From an uncultured Verrucomicrobiae bacterium (GTDB lineage: Bacteria; Verrucomicrobiota; Verrucomicrobiia; Chthoniobacterales; Chthoniobacteraceae), in contig CAWHEP010000004.1 in assembly GCA_963828525.1 (NCBI GenBank), positions 1 through 64,000 on the forward strand: 64,000 nt of DNA, in the 5' to 3' direction. Below, piece by piece: positions 20,367 to 29,651 of the stretch. The translations under genes were made by a program, and so were the position numbers. Numbering within the stretch: the stretch's first letter is position 1; each line of letters opens with the position of its first letter. The notes under the pieces are model-generated. The model was not told the DNA's origin. It saw only the letters and a program-made list of their open reading frames with translations, and made no database searches.

Positions 20367-21530
20367 TTACAGCGTCCGGCAGAACTCTTCGAAACGATCA
20401 ATACCCTTCTTGATCACATCCATGCTGGCGGCATAGCTAAACCGGAGTGTGCGATCATCGCCAAATGCGATCCCCGGCACAACCGCGACATTCGCCTTGC
20501 TGAGGAGACGATCCGCAAAATTCTGGGAAGTGAGCGACAGCTTGCTGATATTCACCAGGATGTAGAAAGCACCCATCGGCTTCACCGCTGAGATGTTATG
20601 CATCTTGGAGAACCGGTCATACATGTAATGCCGCCGCATGTCGAACTCTGCTCGCATGTCGTTCAGCGCCTGTTGATCGCCCTTGATGGCGGCCAACCCA
20701 CCCTTTTGAGAGAACGAACAAGGGTTGGATGTGCTGTGGCTCTGAATGGAGTCGATCGCCTTGGCAATCGACTCTGAAGCGCCGAGGTAGCCAAGCCGCC
20801 ATCCGGTCATGGAGTATGCCTTGCTGAATCCGTTCACCGTTATGGTCAAGTTGAACGCGTCGGGAGAGAGTGAGCCGATGCTGACATGCTCCGTGCCGTC
20901 GTAGGTAAGCTTCTCGTAAATCTCGTCAGAAAGGATCACAATGTCCTCTTCGGCGGCTACCTCGGCAATTTTGGAAAGCTCTTCCCGCGTATAGACAGAA
21001 CCCGTAGGATTCCCCGGCGTATTGATGATCACCATCTTTGTGCGCGGAGTCATCGCATTCTCAAACTCTTCCGCGGTCATCTTCCATCCGTTTTCCTCGG
21101 AGGTCTGAACGAAGACAGGCTCAGCCCCAGCCAAACGAACCATCTCCGGGTAGCTTAACCAGTACGGCGCGGGAATGATAACCTCATCGCCCACCTGGCA
21201 TGTCGCAAGGATGGCGTTGTAGCAGGAGTGCTTGGCGCCATTGCTGACGATCACCTGATGAGGTTTGTAGTCGAGCTTGTTTTCGCTCGCGAATTTCTCA
21301 GCGATTGCCTGTCGCAATTCAGGGATCCCTGAACTCGGCGTGTATTTGGTGAAACCCGCGTCGAGAGAAGCCATCGCCGCTGCTTTGATATGTTCTGGCG
21401 TGTCGAAGTCGGGCTCTCCAGCTCCAAAGCTGCAAACATCAATGCCTTCAGCCTTCATGGCTTTCGCTTTGCTGTCTATCGACAGAGTGAGGGAGGGGGT
21501 GAGGATAGTGGCGCGGGAAGCAAGGTCCAT
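20367..21530 (-). CDS. aspC: Aspartate aminotransferase (class I PLP-dependent)
   Basis: GEPDFDTP, NPTG, SDEIY, SKAYSMTGWRLG. Confidence 0.9.
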   Translation of the reverse strand: MDLASRATILTPSLTLSIDSKAKAMKAEGIDVCSFGAGEPDFDTPEHIKAAAMASLDAGFTKYTPSSGIPELRQAIAEKFASENKLDYKPHQVIVSNGAKHSCYNAILATCQVGDEVIIPAPYWLSYPEMVRLAGAEPVFVQTSEENGWKMTAEEFENAMTPRTKMVIINTPGNPTGSVYTREELSKIAEVAAEEDIVILSDEIYEKLTYDGTEHVSIGSLSPDAFNLTITVNGFSKAYSMTGWRLGYLGASESIAKAIDSIQSHSTSNPCSFSQKGGLAAIKGDQQALNDMRAEFDMRRHYMYDRFSKMHNISAVKPMGAFYILVNISKLSLTSQNFADRLLSKANVAVVPGIAFGDDRTLRFSYAASMDVIKKGIDRFEEFCRTL

Positions 21531-21549
21531 ACTTTGTGCTTTTCTAAAG

Positions 21550-22725
21550 CTAGGGTTTTAAACTGCCGTAATACGTTTCAACGAGCGGCTTGAGGTTGTT
21601 TTCTTTCACTTGGACAATTTCCATTTCTCGGCGCGCGTTCTCAGCCGAATCTGAGGCATGAGCCGCGTTGACCATGATGGTTTGACCAAATTCTTTTCGG
21701 ATGCTGCCCGGGGGCGCTTTGGAAGGATCCGTGGGGCCAAGAACCTCCCGAATTTTTCGCACCGCATCCACTCCTTGGTATACAAGAGCGATGCATTTCT
21801 CGGATCCCGGGTCATCGCGGCGGTCAGGGGGACATTCGCTTGGCCTCGCGCCGGCCATGAATTGAACGATGGACTCCCAATTATGGCGTCCATTTATCGG
21901 CCCTAGGATCTCGGCGAGTTGACTCTGCACCTTGTCATCCAGAGGGATGCCGAGTTCCTGTTCGATCGCAAGCCGAGCCTGGATGCCGGACCTTTCCTTC
22001 AATTTGTCCATGAGAACCTCAAGAACCGGCCTGTAGAACTCCTCCGCTTGGGCAACGCTCATCCGATGAACCTTGAAGCCAATAATATAGAGCCCTGTGC
22101 GCGAAAAGAGGTCGATTACTCCGCCCGGGCGGGCATTCGGGAATCGGAAATTGTCGGGCTTTATCAGGACAAGGGTCTTTTGAACCTCCGCCCCTGCGGC
22201 ATACTGCATCGCGCTGTCCAATATCCCCCCATCCGTGTCCGAATACGCAGCCCACAACTTTAGGCCGGTTTCGACCGAAGCGGCGTCTGGCGGCGCCAGC
22301 ACAGCGGGCTCGAAGTAGCGCGCCGTCCCATTCTCATCGGCAACATAGTCGCCATACGTATCCCGGATCGTCTCGCCGCTCGTCCGCTCGTTCACAATGT
22401 GTCCGACCGTCGCGCGGATTTTCATCACCGCGTCTTCTCCACGAAAAACCAGGAGCAATACGCGCGGGTTATAGCCTTTCCCATCAGCGCAAAAATTTGT
22501 GAGCACATACTCACGGATCAGCTTTTGTGTCGCGCGATGTCGCGGCTCAGGGTCTGTGACGATCGAGTCGGCGTATTTTGCGACCAATTCCTTCCCGGGC
22601 GAGAACATCATGGACCGAACCAGGTCGAGTCCGGTGCGCGAGATCAGCCGGGCGATAATGCCGCCTGTTCTCGACTTCCGTATCGAATACGGAGTGACAA
22701 TTACGTAAGAAAGTTCCTCAGCCAT
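21550..22725 (-). CDS. ndk: Two-domain nucleoside-diphosphate kinase
   Basis: TLVLIKPD, GPTDPSKAPPGSIRKEFG and NAAHASDS in the C-domain; a degenerate NDK repeat in the N-domain. Confidence 0.85.
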   Translation of the reverse strand: MAEELSYVIVTPYSIRKSRTGGIIARLISRTGLDLVRSMMFSPGKELVAKYADSIVTDPEPRHRATQKLIREYVLTNFCADGKGYNPRVLLLVFRGEDAVMKIRATVGHIVNERTSGETIRDTYGDYVADENGTARYFEPAVLAPPDAASVETGLKLWAAYSDTDGGILDSAMQYAAGAEVQKTLVLIKPDNFRFPNARPGGVIDLFSRTGLYIIGFKVHRMSVAQAEEFYRPVLEVLMDKLKERSGIQARLAIEQELGIPLDDKVQSQLAEILGPINGRHNWESIVQFMAGARPSECPPDRRDDPGSEKCIALVYQGVDAVRKIREVLGPTDPSKAPPGSIRKEFGQTIMVNAAHASDSAENARREMEIVQVKENNLKPLVETYYGSLKP

Positions 22726-22941
22726 AGATAAAAATTGCCTGCGTCACCCCGGTTTGAGTCTCTGGACCCAGCGCGGAACCAACGTAGGCACGTCGCTTAC
22801 TTTAAAAGCTTTGCACAGCTAACTATCCCGCCCCTCCAACCGCGTCAACATTTTTCTCCGATACGGGAGCTTCGTGACATTTCACAGCGCCGATTCGACG
22901 CGGTTGGCGCTGACGCTCCACTCGCCTCCCGCCAGCGCGCT

Positions 22942-23964
22942 ATGATCATGAAAAAAATGCTTGCCTTCCGGCGTCGGATTCCTTCACAAATTGCAGCAGT
23001 GAATATCCGTCCTTCCTCCTCCCGGTTTCTAATGGCTGCCTGTGGCCTCCTTGTAACCTTATTGATCTCGCCAACAGGGATGGCTGCGGCGGATCCGGCC
23101 AAGATCCTGGGACCTGATACTTGTGGGAACTGTCACAAGCAGGAGTTCAGCGCATGGCAGCAGACCCATCATTTCAAAACGTTTGAGGATTTGCACCGCC
23201 GCCCGACCGCGAAATCCATCGCCGAGAAGATGGGAGTGCAGCGAATCAAAAGCGAAGGCACATGCGTCGCCTGTCACTACACCTCTCAAGGTCCTGCCAG
23301 CAGTTTGAAGCCTATTGCGGGTGTCTCTTGTGAACTTTGCCATGGCGCGGGCAAGGACTGGCTGAGTCTCCACAACGTGAAGGCAACCCAGCCCAAGGCG
23401 AAAGCCGCGGGTTTTATCTCCCCGGACGACATCTACCAATTGGCGGAGAATTGCTTCCAATGTCACACAGTGCCCAATGAAAAGTTGGTTAACACCGGTG
23501 GCCATGCCGCTGGCAGCCCCATAGAACTCGTTTCATGGTCGCAAGGCGAGGTTCGCCATCACTTCCTCGGCGGCCCCAAGAATCAGGCAAACTCTCCTGA
23601 ACGTCTCCGCATGCTTTATGTAATCGGACGTATTGTTGATCTTGAATTTAGTCTCCGCGGAGTAGCGCAGGCCACCGCAAAGGCAACCTATGCTGTGGAT
23701 ATGGCTCATCGCGTCGTGGCCGCAAAGGACAACGTCAAAAAAATCTATGCGGTCGCTCCCAAGCCGGAGATTCAGGAGATCATCACCATTGCGGATGGAG
23801 TCGCGCTTAAGCTGAACAACCAGGCAAGTCTCACCGATGCGGCTGACAAAATTTCCGCTGACGCGAAGAAGATCGCGTCCACCTACAAGGGCGGCGAACT
23901 CGCGGCGGTTGATCCCTTGATCCCACCGCCAAGCCAGTACAGAGGCCCGGTCTCTCAACCGTGA
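22942..23964 (+). CDS. Exported tetraheme cytochrome c (c554-like N-domain); start uncertain (22942 or 23032)
   Basis: Signal peptide; CGNCH, CVACH, CELCH, CFQCH; W-x-x-T-x-H and GVSCExCHG pattern. Confidence 0.85.
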   Translation: MIMKKMLAFRRRIPSQIAAVNIRPSSSRFLMAACGLLVTLLISPTGMAAADPAKILGPDTCGNCHKQEFSAWQQTHHFKTFEDLHRRPTAKSIAEKMGVQRIKSEGTCVACHYTSQGPASSLKPIAGVSCELCHGAGKDWLSLHNVKATQPKAKAAGFISPDDIYQLAENCFQCHTVPNEKLVNTGGHAAGSPIELVSWSQGEVRHHFLGGPKNQANSPERLRMLYVIGRIVDLEFSLRGVAQATAKATYAVDMAHRVVAAKDNVKKIYAVAPKPEIQEIITIADGVALKLNNQASLTDAADKISADAKKIASTYKGGELAAVDPLIPPPSQYRGPVSQP

Positions 23965-24014
23965 TTCCTTTGCGGGGCGGCGCTCGACCCGCGGTGATCC
24001 GCTGACTGTTCCTG

Positions 24015-25733
24015 ATGGCTCTCGCGACCGTCATCACACGCCCGCATCGCTGGGAGGTTCCGTTCGGCGCCGACATGACGCCCGGAGACGTGGATCGTGT
24101 TCTTCTCCAGGCCCCTTTTTCGCAGATTGACCAGACAAAATTTCCCTCTTCCGCCTCGCTGCGAGACATCCTTCTGAATGACGCGCGCATCGTTCATTTT
24201 GAGAAGGGTGATATCGTCGTTCGCGAAGGCGACTATGGCAGTTCAGCGTTCTTCATCATTGCCGGGTCGGTGGATGTCGTTCTTAAAAGCCTGCCGCCCG
24301 CTCTCCTCGGCCGGCGCGAAGCCAAAAAGAAGGGCTTTTTCGGCGCCGTCTCCCAGCTCTGGAGGAATCCGCGCTTCCCCGAAGTGCGGCATATCTCGAC
24401 TCTAAAAAAGAGCGCGGGCCTGGGGGCTCGCACACGTGAGAACGACGACATTCGCGTTTTCCTCCATGACTACCCCGTTATCCTGAAGGAGAATGGAACC
24501 GCCCGCATCGAACAGGGGGAGTTTTTCGGAGAGATGGCCGCTTTGGGTCGCACCCCGCGCAGCGCGACAGTGGTCGCCACGGGCACGACATATCTGCTCG
24601 AAATTCGCTGGCAGGGTTTGCGTGATATCCGCCTGCGCGCGCCTGAACTGAAGGCCCATATAGATCAGCTCTATCGGGAGCGCGCCCTCACCACGCATCT
24701 GCGCGAAACGCCCATGTTTCGAAGGCTGAGCGAGGAACACCTCGCCATTGTTGCCGCCGGCACCCGGTTTGAGACATACGGGCAGTTCGACTGGTACGGG
24801 GACTATAAGAAGATGGGCGGTGTAAGTTCCGCCGAGCGACTGAAGCAGGAAACGGTGATCGCGAGCGAGTGCCAGTTCGCCGATGGTCTCATCCTAATCC
24901 GGGCCGGCTTCGCAAGGCTCAGCCAGCAGTATAATAATGGCGAACGCACCACCAGTTACGTCGCGCGGGGGCAAACCTACGGGTTCCGGGAAATTTGCCA
25001 CAACTGGAGAACGAAAGAGCAGCGTCCGCTCCAGTTTACGCTGCGAGCCTTGGGTTATGTGGATGTTCTCATAGTCCCGGTGGCGCTCGTCCAGCAATAC
25101 GTCCTTCCAACTCTGCCCCGTTCCGAACTCCCTGATCTTCTGCCGAAGGCGGAGCCGGATGTGGAAGTTACCGAAATCGTCCGGGAGCGGGGCGAGATGG
25201 ATACCGGCTTCATGGAGTTTCTTGTTGAAAATCGGTTCATCAACGGCACCGCCGCAATGGTGATCGATCTCGAACGCTGCACCCGCTGTGATGATTGCGT
25301 CCGGGCCTGCTCCGCCGGGCATTCCAACAATCCACGCTTCATCCGGCATGGCATGCAGCATGGTCGCTTCATGATAGCTAATGCTTGCATGCATTGCATT
25401 GACCCCGTTTGCATGATCGGCTGTCCCACTGGCGCTATTCACCGTTCCTCGGTAGCCGGCCAGGTGGTCGTCAACGACGCAACCTGCATCGGCTGCGCGA
25501 CCTGCGCGAACAGTTGCCCCTACGATAACATCCAGATGGTTCAGATTCGTAATGAGCGGGGCGACTTTATCCGGGACGACGCGACGCAAGCCCCTATCAA
25601 CAAGGCTGCCAAGTGCGATCTTTGCGTGGACCAGTTGGGGGGTCCCGCTTGTGCCCGCGCGTGTCCTCACGACGCCCTTGGCAGGCTCGACATGTCGGAT
25701 GTGGATTCTCTCGCGAAATGGCTGCGTCGCTGA
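24015..25733 (+). CDS. Tandem cNMP-binding domains fused to a DmsB/NrfC-type 4x[4Fe-4S] domain
   Basis: GEFFGEMAALGRTPRSATV; second CNB-like repeat; CTRCDDCVRAC, CMHCIDPVCMIGCP, CIGCATCANSCP, CDLC...PACARACP. Confidence 0.9.
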   Translation: MALATVITRPHRWEVPFGADMTPGDVDRVLLQAPFSQIDQTKFPSSASLRDILLNDARIVHFEKGDIVVREGDYGSSAFFIIAGSVDVVLKSLPPALLGRREAKKKGFFGAVSQLWRNPRFPEVRHISTLKKSAGLGARTRENDDIRVFLHDYPVILKENGTARIEQGEFFGEMAALGRTPRSATVVATGTTYLLEIRWQGLRDIRLRAPELKAHIDQLYRERALTTHLRETPMFRRLSEEHLAIVAAGTRFETYGQFDWYGDYKKMGGVSSAERLKQETVIASECQFADGLILIRAGFARLSQQYNNGERTTSYVARGQTYGFREICHNWRTKEQRPLQFTLRALGYVDVLIVPVALVQQYVLPTLPRSELPDLLPKAEPDVEVTEIVRERGEMDTGFMEFLVENRFINGTAAMVIDLERCTRCDDCVRACSAGHSNNPRFIRHGMQHGRFMIANACMHCIDPVCMIGCPTGAIHRSSVAGQVVVNDATCIGCATCANSCPYDNIQMVQIRNERGDFIRDDATQAPINKAAKCDLCVDQLGGPACARACPHDALGRLDMSDVDSLAKWLRR

Positions 25734-26554
25734 CTGCATTTACTTCCCGGCGGCTGCGGAATCTAGCCGCCTTGGTTGTCCTCTCAGTGGTCGCTTGCGC
25801 GCTCGTCAGTCTGTATTCTATTTCCCTGCATTTTACCGCGATCGCGTCCGGCCTCATCTTGCTCGCGCTGCTCCTCTCTCTCGCCTTCTTCAACCCTCGT
25901 AAGAAGCTGCCGTTCCTCCCTCTTCTCCGCGCTTCATCCTGGCTTCAGTTTCACATCTACGCGGGCTGGTTCTCGGTCATTCTATTTCTCCTTCACGTGA
26001 GTTTCCGACTTCCGCGCGGACCGCTGGAGACTTCTCTTGCTCTCCTGTTCCTCATCGTCGCGCTGAGCGGAGTCGCCGGGATTTTCATCTCGCGCGCGTG
26101 GCCGACCTTGCTTACCGAGCATGGCGAAAACGTCATGTTCGAGAGGATCCCCGGGATGAGGGTTCAACTACAGACCGAGGTGGAAGCTCTCATATGGAAA
26201 TCTGTCCAGGAGACGGGTTCGTTCACAATCTCCGAATTCTATGCAAGGCGGCTCAAACCCTTTTTCGACAGGCCGCGCCACCCTCTCTACCACCTTCTCG
26301 ATTTTGCCGATCCCTTAAACAGGCTTCTCCTGGAGGTGGAAGAGTTGGACAGATACCTCGCCGAAGGGGAGCGGGCGATCATGGCGGAAATCACGGAACG
26401 CATTCGCGCCAAAGATAACCTCGACTTCCAATACGCGGGCCAGGGCCTGCTTAAGTATTGGCTCTTCATCCACGTGCCCCTAACGCTGGCTTTGTTGGTG
26501 CTCGCCTTCCTTCATGGAGCGGTTGCCATGGTTTACGCGGGAGCCGTCCGGTGA
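25718..26554 (+). CDS. Membrane protein with paired TM histidines (putative diheme cytochrome b / ferric-reductase-like)
   Basis: WLQFHIYAGWFSVILFLLHV and WLFIHVPLTLALLVLAFLHG (His pairs 14 residues apart); overlaps both neighbours. Confidence 0.7.
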   Translation: MAASLTAFTSRRLRNLAALVVLSVVACALVSLYSISLHFTAIASGLILLALLLSLAFFNPRKKLPFLPLLRASSWLQFHIYAGWFSVILFLLHVSFRLPRGPLETSLALLFLIVALSGVAGIFISRAWPTLLTEHGENVMFERIPGMRVQLQTEVEALIWKSVQETGSFTISEFYARRLKPFFDRPRHPLYHLLDFADPLNRLLLEVEELDRYLAEGERAIMAEITERIRAKDNLDFQYAGQGLLKYWLFIHVPLTLALLVLAFLHGAVAMVYAGAVR

Positions 26555-29001
26555 AAAGGCTTCAGGAATTCAGTTTCAAAAAGAGTCGCTACCAGCGCCC
26601 CACGCAGGAATACATTTGCGGAAGGAGTGCCGAAGGAAGGCCATGCCCGCTTGGCCCGACTCCTGGTGGCGCTTGTCGCGCCACGGGCGAGTGCCTCCCG
26701 CTCAGGAAGGGCGATCACTGGGTTTGCACGCGGCAGGAGAGCGCGGGCGGGCCATGCTGCGAGGGAGCTCTTCCAGATGGGAAGTGCGCGCATCCTATTC
26801 CGCCTTGCCAGCCCATTCGCAGCGTCCGCTCCCGGCGCGGCTTGGTCGGACTCATGACTTTCTGGCTGGCAGTCGGTTCTCTGCTCCTCATCTTTGGCAG
26901 CAGAGGGGGCACCAGGTTCATCACTCCGGGCGAACTCACTTATCAACACTCCGCCGCTGGTTCAAATTGCGCGGATTGTCACAGCGTTGCCCGGAAAGCG
27001 CCTCTCGATTCCGTGCATGCTATTTTCAACAGGCGAATGGCAATCGAGGACAGCGCGCTCTGTCTCAAATGCCATGACCTCGGCAGGCATAGTTCCAATC
27101 CGCATGGGTTGCCTTCTGAGGCGCTCTCCGCATTGAGAAACAATGCAACGCCTTCTGGATTTACCACGGTCCCTGTTTCCCTTGCGCTCAGTTCCATGAT
27201 TTCCAAAGTCCCTGGCGTCTCAGGCGATGAGATCGCCTGCGCCACATGTCATCGCGAGCACCATGGAAAGAGCTTTAACCTTGCCGTGCTGAGCAATCAA
27301 CAATGTCAGAGTTGTCATGCCGTAAAATTCTCCAGTCTCGCCAATGGTCACCCGGAATTTGGTTCCTATCCCCATAAACCTTCTCCACGCATCGCGTTCG
27401 ACCATCACTCGCACATCGAGCAGCACTTTCGTTCTCCGGACGTCAAAAGCTTCGCGCCTTCTGCCTGCACCGACTGCCACCAGGTGGATAACGCGGGCGG
27501 TAAGATGATGGTCAGGAATTTCGAGCAAATATGCGCCTCCTGCCATAACGCGGAAATCGTTGGCGAACGGCGCTCGGGGCCAAAGGGCATAGCCTTTCTG
27601 TCAATCCCGGGCCTTGACAGAAAGACGCTCCTGGCTCGCGGTATCGAAGTAGGAGAATGGCCCGAGGATTCCGATGCTCCTTTGACTCCTTTTATGAAGT
27701 TGCTCCTGGGCGGCGACCGATCCGCGACCGATGCTCTGAAGCAACTTGCGGGTGTTGACCTGCAAAATCTCAGCTCGGCCAGCCCTGAGCAATTAAAAGC
27801 CGCCGGAACGTTCGCGTGGGCCGTAAAGGCGCTGTTCTTCGATCTCGTTTCGAAAGGCCAGCCAGCGCTCCTTGCGAGGCTTTCAAATGTCAGCTCTGAC
27901 GGCGAGCAGGTTCCTCCCTCCGCGCTGGCTCAGCTGCCGTTTGATACAATCCACTCGGCGCAGATGAAGTGGCTCCCCAATTTGTTACAAGAAGTCCCGG
28001 TCCATGCTTCCGGCGGCAAGCTGCCTATAGCCGCGGCGCAGCCAGTACCTCTGCCGTCTCCTACCCCGGGCGCATCAGTGTCCCCTTCTCCAAAGACCAC
28101 TGACGGCTCTGACATTCTGGGTTCCTCATCCGCTCCTTCACCGGCTTCCGCTGCGACGCCTGCAAAACCAACGGATGATATCCTCGGAGCGCCGGCTGCT
28201 CCGGCTGCTTCGCCAAAGCAGGATGACATCCTTGGCGCATCGGCCGCGTCGTCACCGCCCGCGCCTTCACCGCCTCCAGCTACAGCGGGCAACAAGGAGG
28301 GGGACATTTTGGGCAGCGCCCCCTCCACGTCACCATCAAAGCCGGTTTCAGCGGGTGATATCCTTGGGGCGGGGGACACCACTGCCTCGGTGGCTCCTTC
28401 GCCTGCGGCCACCCCGCCGGTCGCCGCCCAGGCGGTCTCACCCGAGGTCTGGATGGGGCAGGGGGGATGGTATCTATCCGAGGATTACGCTGTCCTCTAC
28501 AGGCCAGCCGGGCACGCGGATCCGTTCCTGCGCAGTTGGTTCGATCTCTCCACCCGCCTTGCGAAGAAATCCCCGCTTCACGAGTCCGCCTTCAAGGATC
28601 TTTCCTCACCTCAAAATCCAGGAGCATGTATGAAATGCCACCGGGTTACCGCGGACAGCGGCGCTCCCAAAGTCAATTGGCTTGTTGCGCAACCTTCGCG
28701 CGAAACACACGAATTTACCCGGTTTTCCCATGCGCCGCACTTTAGTCTTCTAAACCAGACCGGATGCCTTACCTGCCACTCCATGGCTCCTGCCAGCGTT
28801 GAGCAGACTATTCAGCGAGATGCGGGTGAACCGATCCTTGTCCGCAGCGACTTCTCTTCGATCAATAAATCGGTTTGCGCTTCCTGCCACACCGCGAAAA
28901 CGGCCGGTGATAGCTGCCAGCTCTGCCATGGTTACCATGTGGGAAAATTCACCTCGACTGTAATGAGGAACGCGACCCTGCTCTCAAAAGAGGGAAAGTA
29001 A
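26551..29001 (+). CDS. Membrane-anchored decaheme cytochrome c
   Basis: GTG start overlapping the upstream stop; Cys-rich N-terminus, one TM helix, ten CxxCH motifs (CADCH, CLKCH, CATCH, CQSCH, CTDCH, CASCH, CMKCH, CLTCH, CASCH, CQLCH). Confidence 0.88.
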   Translation: MKRLQEFSFKKSRYQRPTQEYICGRSAEGRPCPLGPTPGGACRATGECLPLRKGDHWVCTRQESAGGPCCEGALPDGKCAHPIPPCQPIRSVRSRRGLVGLMTFWLAVGSLLLIFGSRGGTRFITPGELTYQHSAAGSNCADCHSVARKAPLDSVHAIFNRRMAIEDSALCLKCHDLGRHSSNPHGLPSEALSALRNNATPSGFTTVPVSLALSSMISKVPGVSGDEIACATCHREHHGKSFNLAVLSNQQCQSCHAVKFSSLANGHPEFGSYPHKPSPRIAFDHHSHIEQHFRSPDVKSFAPSACTDCHQVDNAGGKMMVRNFEQICASCHNAEIVGERRSGPKGIAFLSIPGLDRKTLLARGIEVGEWPEDSDAPLTPFMKLLLGGDRSATDALKQLAGVDLQNLSSASPEQLKAAGTFAWAVKALFFDLVSKGQPALLARLSNVSSDGEQVPPSALAQLPFDTIHSAQMKWLPNLLQEVPVHASGGKLPIAAAQPVPLPSPTPGASVSPSPKTTDGSDILGSSSAPSPASAATPAKPTDDILGAPAAPAASPKQDDILGASAASSPPAPSPPPATAGNKEGDILGSAPSTSPSKPVSAGDILGAGDTTASVAPSPAATPPVAAQAVSPEVWMGQGGWYLSEDYAVLYRPAGHADPFLRSWFDLSTRLAKKSPLHESAFKDLSSPQNPGACMKCHRVTADSGAPKVNWLVAQPSRETHEFTRFSHAPHFSLLNQTGCLTCHSMAPASVEQTIQRDAGEPILVRSDFSSINKSVCASCHTAKTAGDSCQLCHGYHVGKFTSTVMRNATLLSKEGK

Positions 29002-29018
29002 TCTGGCGGCGGTCAGTT

Positions 29019-29543
29019 GTGAAGCAGGTCACAATCCACAGTGATGGCGGTTGCGAGGGCAACCCGGGGCCGGGGGGATGGGCTGCCGTATTGCAATGTG
29101 GCAAGGCGCTCAAGGAAATTTCAGGTGGCGATACTGCCACGACTAACAACCGGATGGAACTCAAGGCCGCCATTTCCGCGCTGCAGGCTTTGAAGGAGCC
29201 GTGTGACGTGAAATTCCACACGGACTCCCAATACGCGCGCAAGGGTATCAGCGAGTGGATCGTCGGCTGGAAAGCCCGAGGCTGGAAGCTTAAGGGGAAC
29301 AGACCTCTTCAGAACGCCGACTTATGGGCCGAACTCGACAGGCAGGCCGCCCGGCACAAGATTGAGTGGATCTGGGTAAAAGGGCATGCCGGAGCCAGGT
29401 GGAACGAGCGGTGTGATGTCCTTGCCGCGGAACAAATCGCCGAGATTCTCCGGCGATACACGGCGGAACGACTGAGACAGGATCTCGCCGCTTTCAAGCT
29501 GTCTCGTCGTAATCCTGAGCCGAAAATCTCGATGCTGCTTTAG
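29019..29543 (+). CDS. rnhA: Ribonuclease HI
   Basis: SDGGCEGNPGPGGW, TTNNRMEL, TDSQY, WVKGHAG..NERCD. Confidence 0.95.
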   Translation: MKQVTIHSDGGCEGNPGPGGWAAVLQCGKALKEISGGDTATTNNRMELKAAISALQALKEPCDVKFHTDSQYARKGISEWIVGWKARGWKLKGNRPLQNADLWAELDRQAARHKIEWIWVKGHAGARWNERCDVLAAEQIAEILRRYTAERLRQDLAAFKLSRRNPEPKISMLL

Positions 29544-29613
29544 TAGCCGAGGGTTTAGTGACGCGCAAGAACTGCACCCATGGCAGAAAAATGCGGCTCT
29601 ACATCCAAAAACG

Positions 29614-29642
29614 TTGAAATCACGATTACGACAACCTAGTTT
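29614..29642 (+). promoter_or_regulatory. Putative sigma70 promoter of the TPR-ExbBD operon
   Basis: TTGAAA-17 nt-TAGTTT, 9 nt before the ATG. Confidence 0.45.
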
Positions 29643-29651
29643 GTTGCTGCG

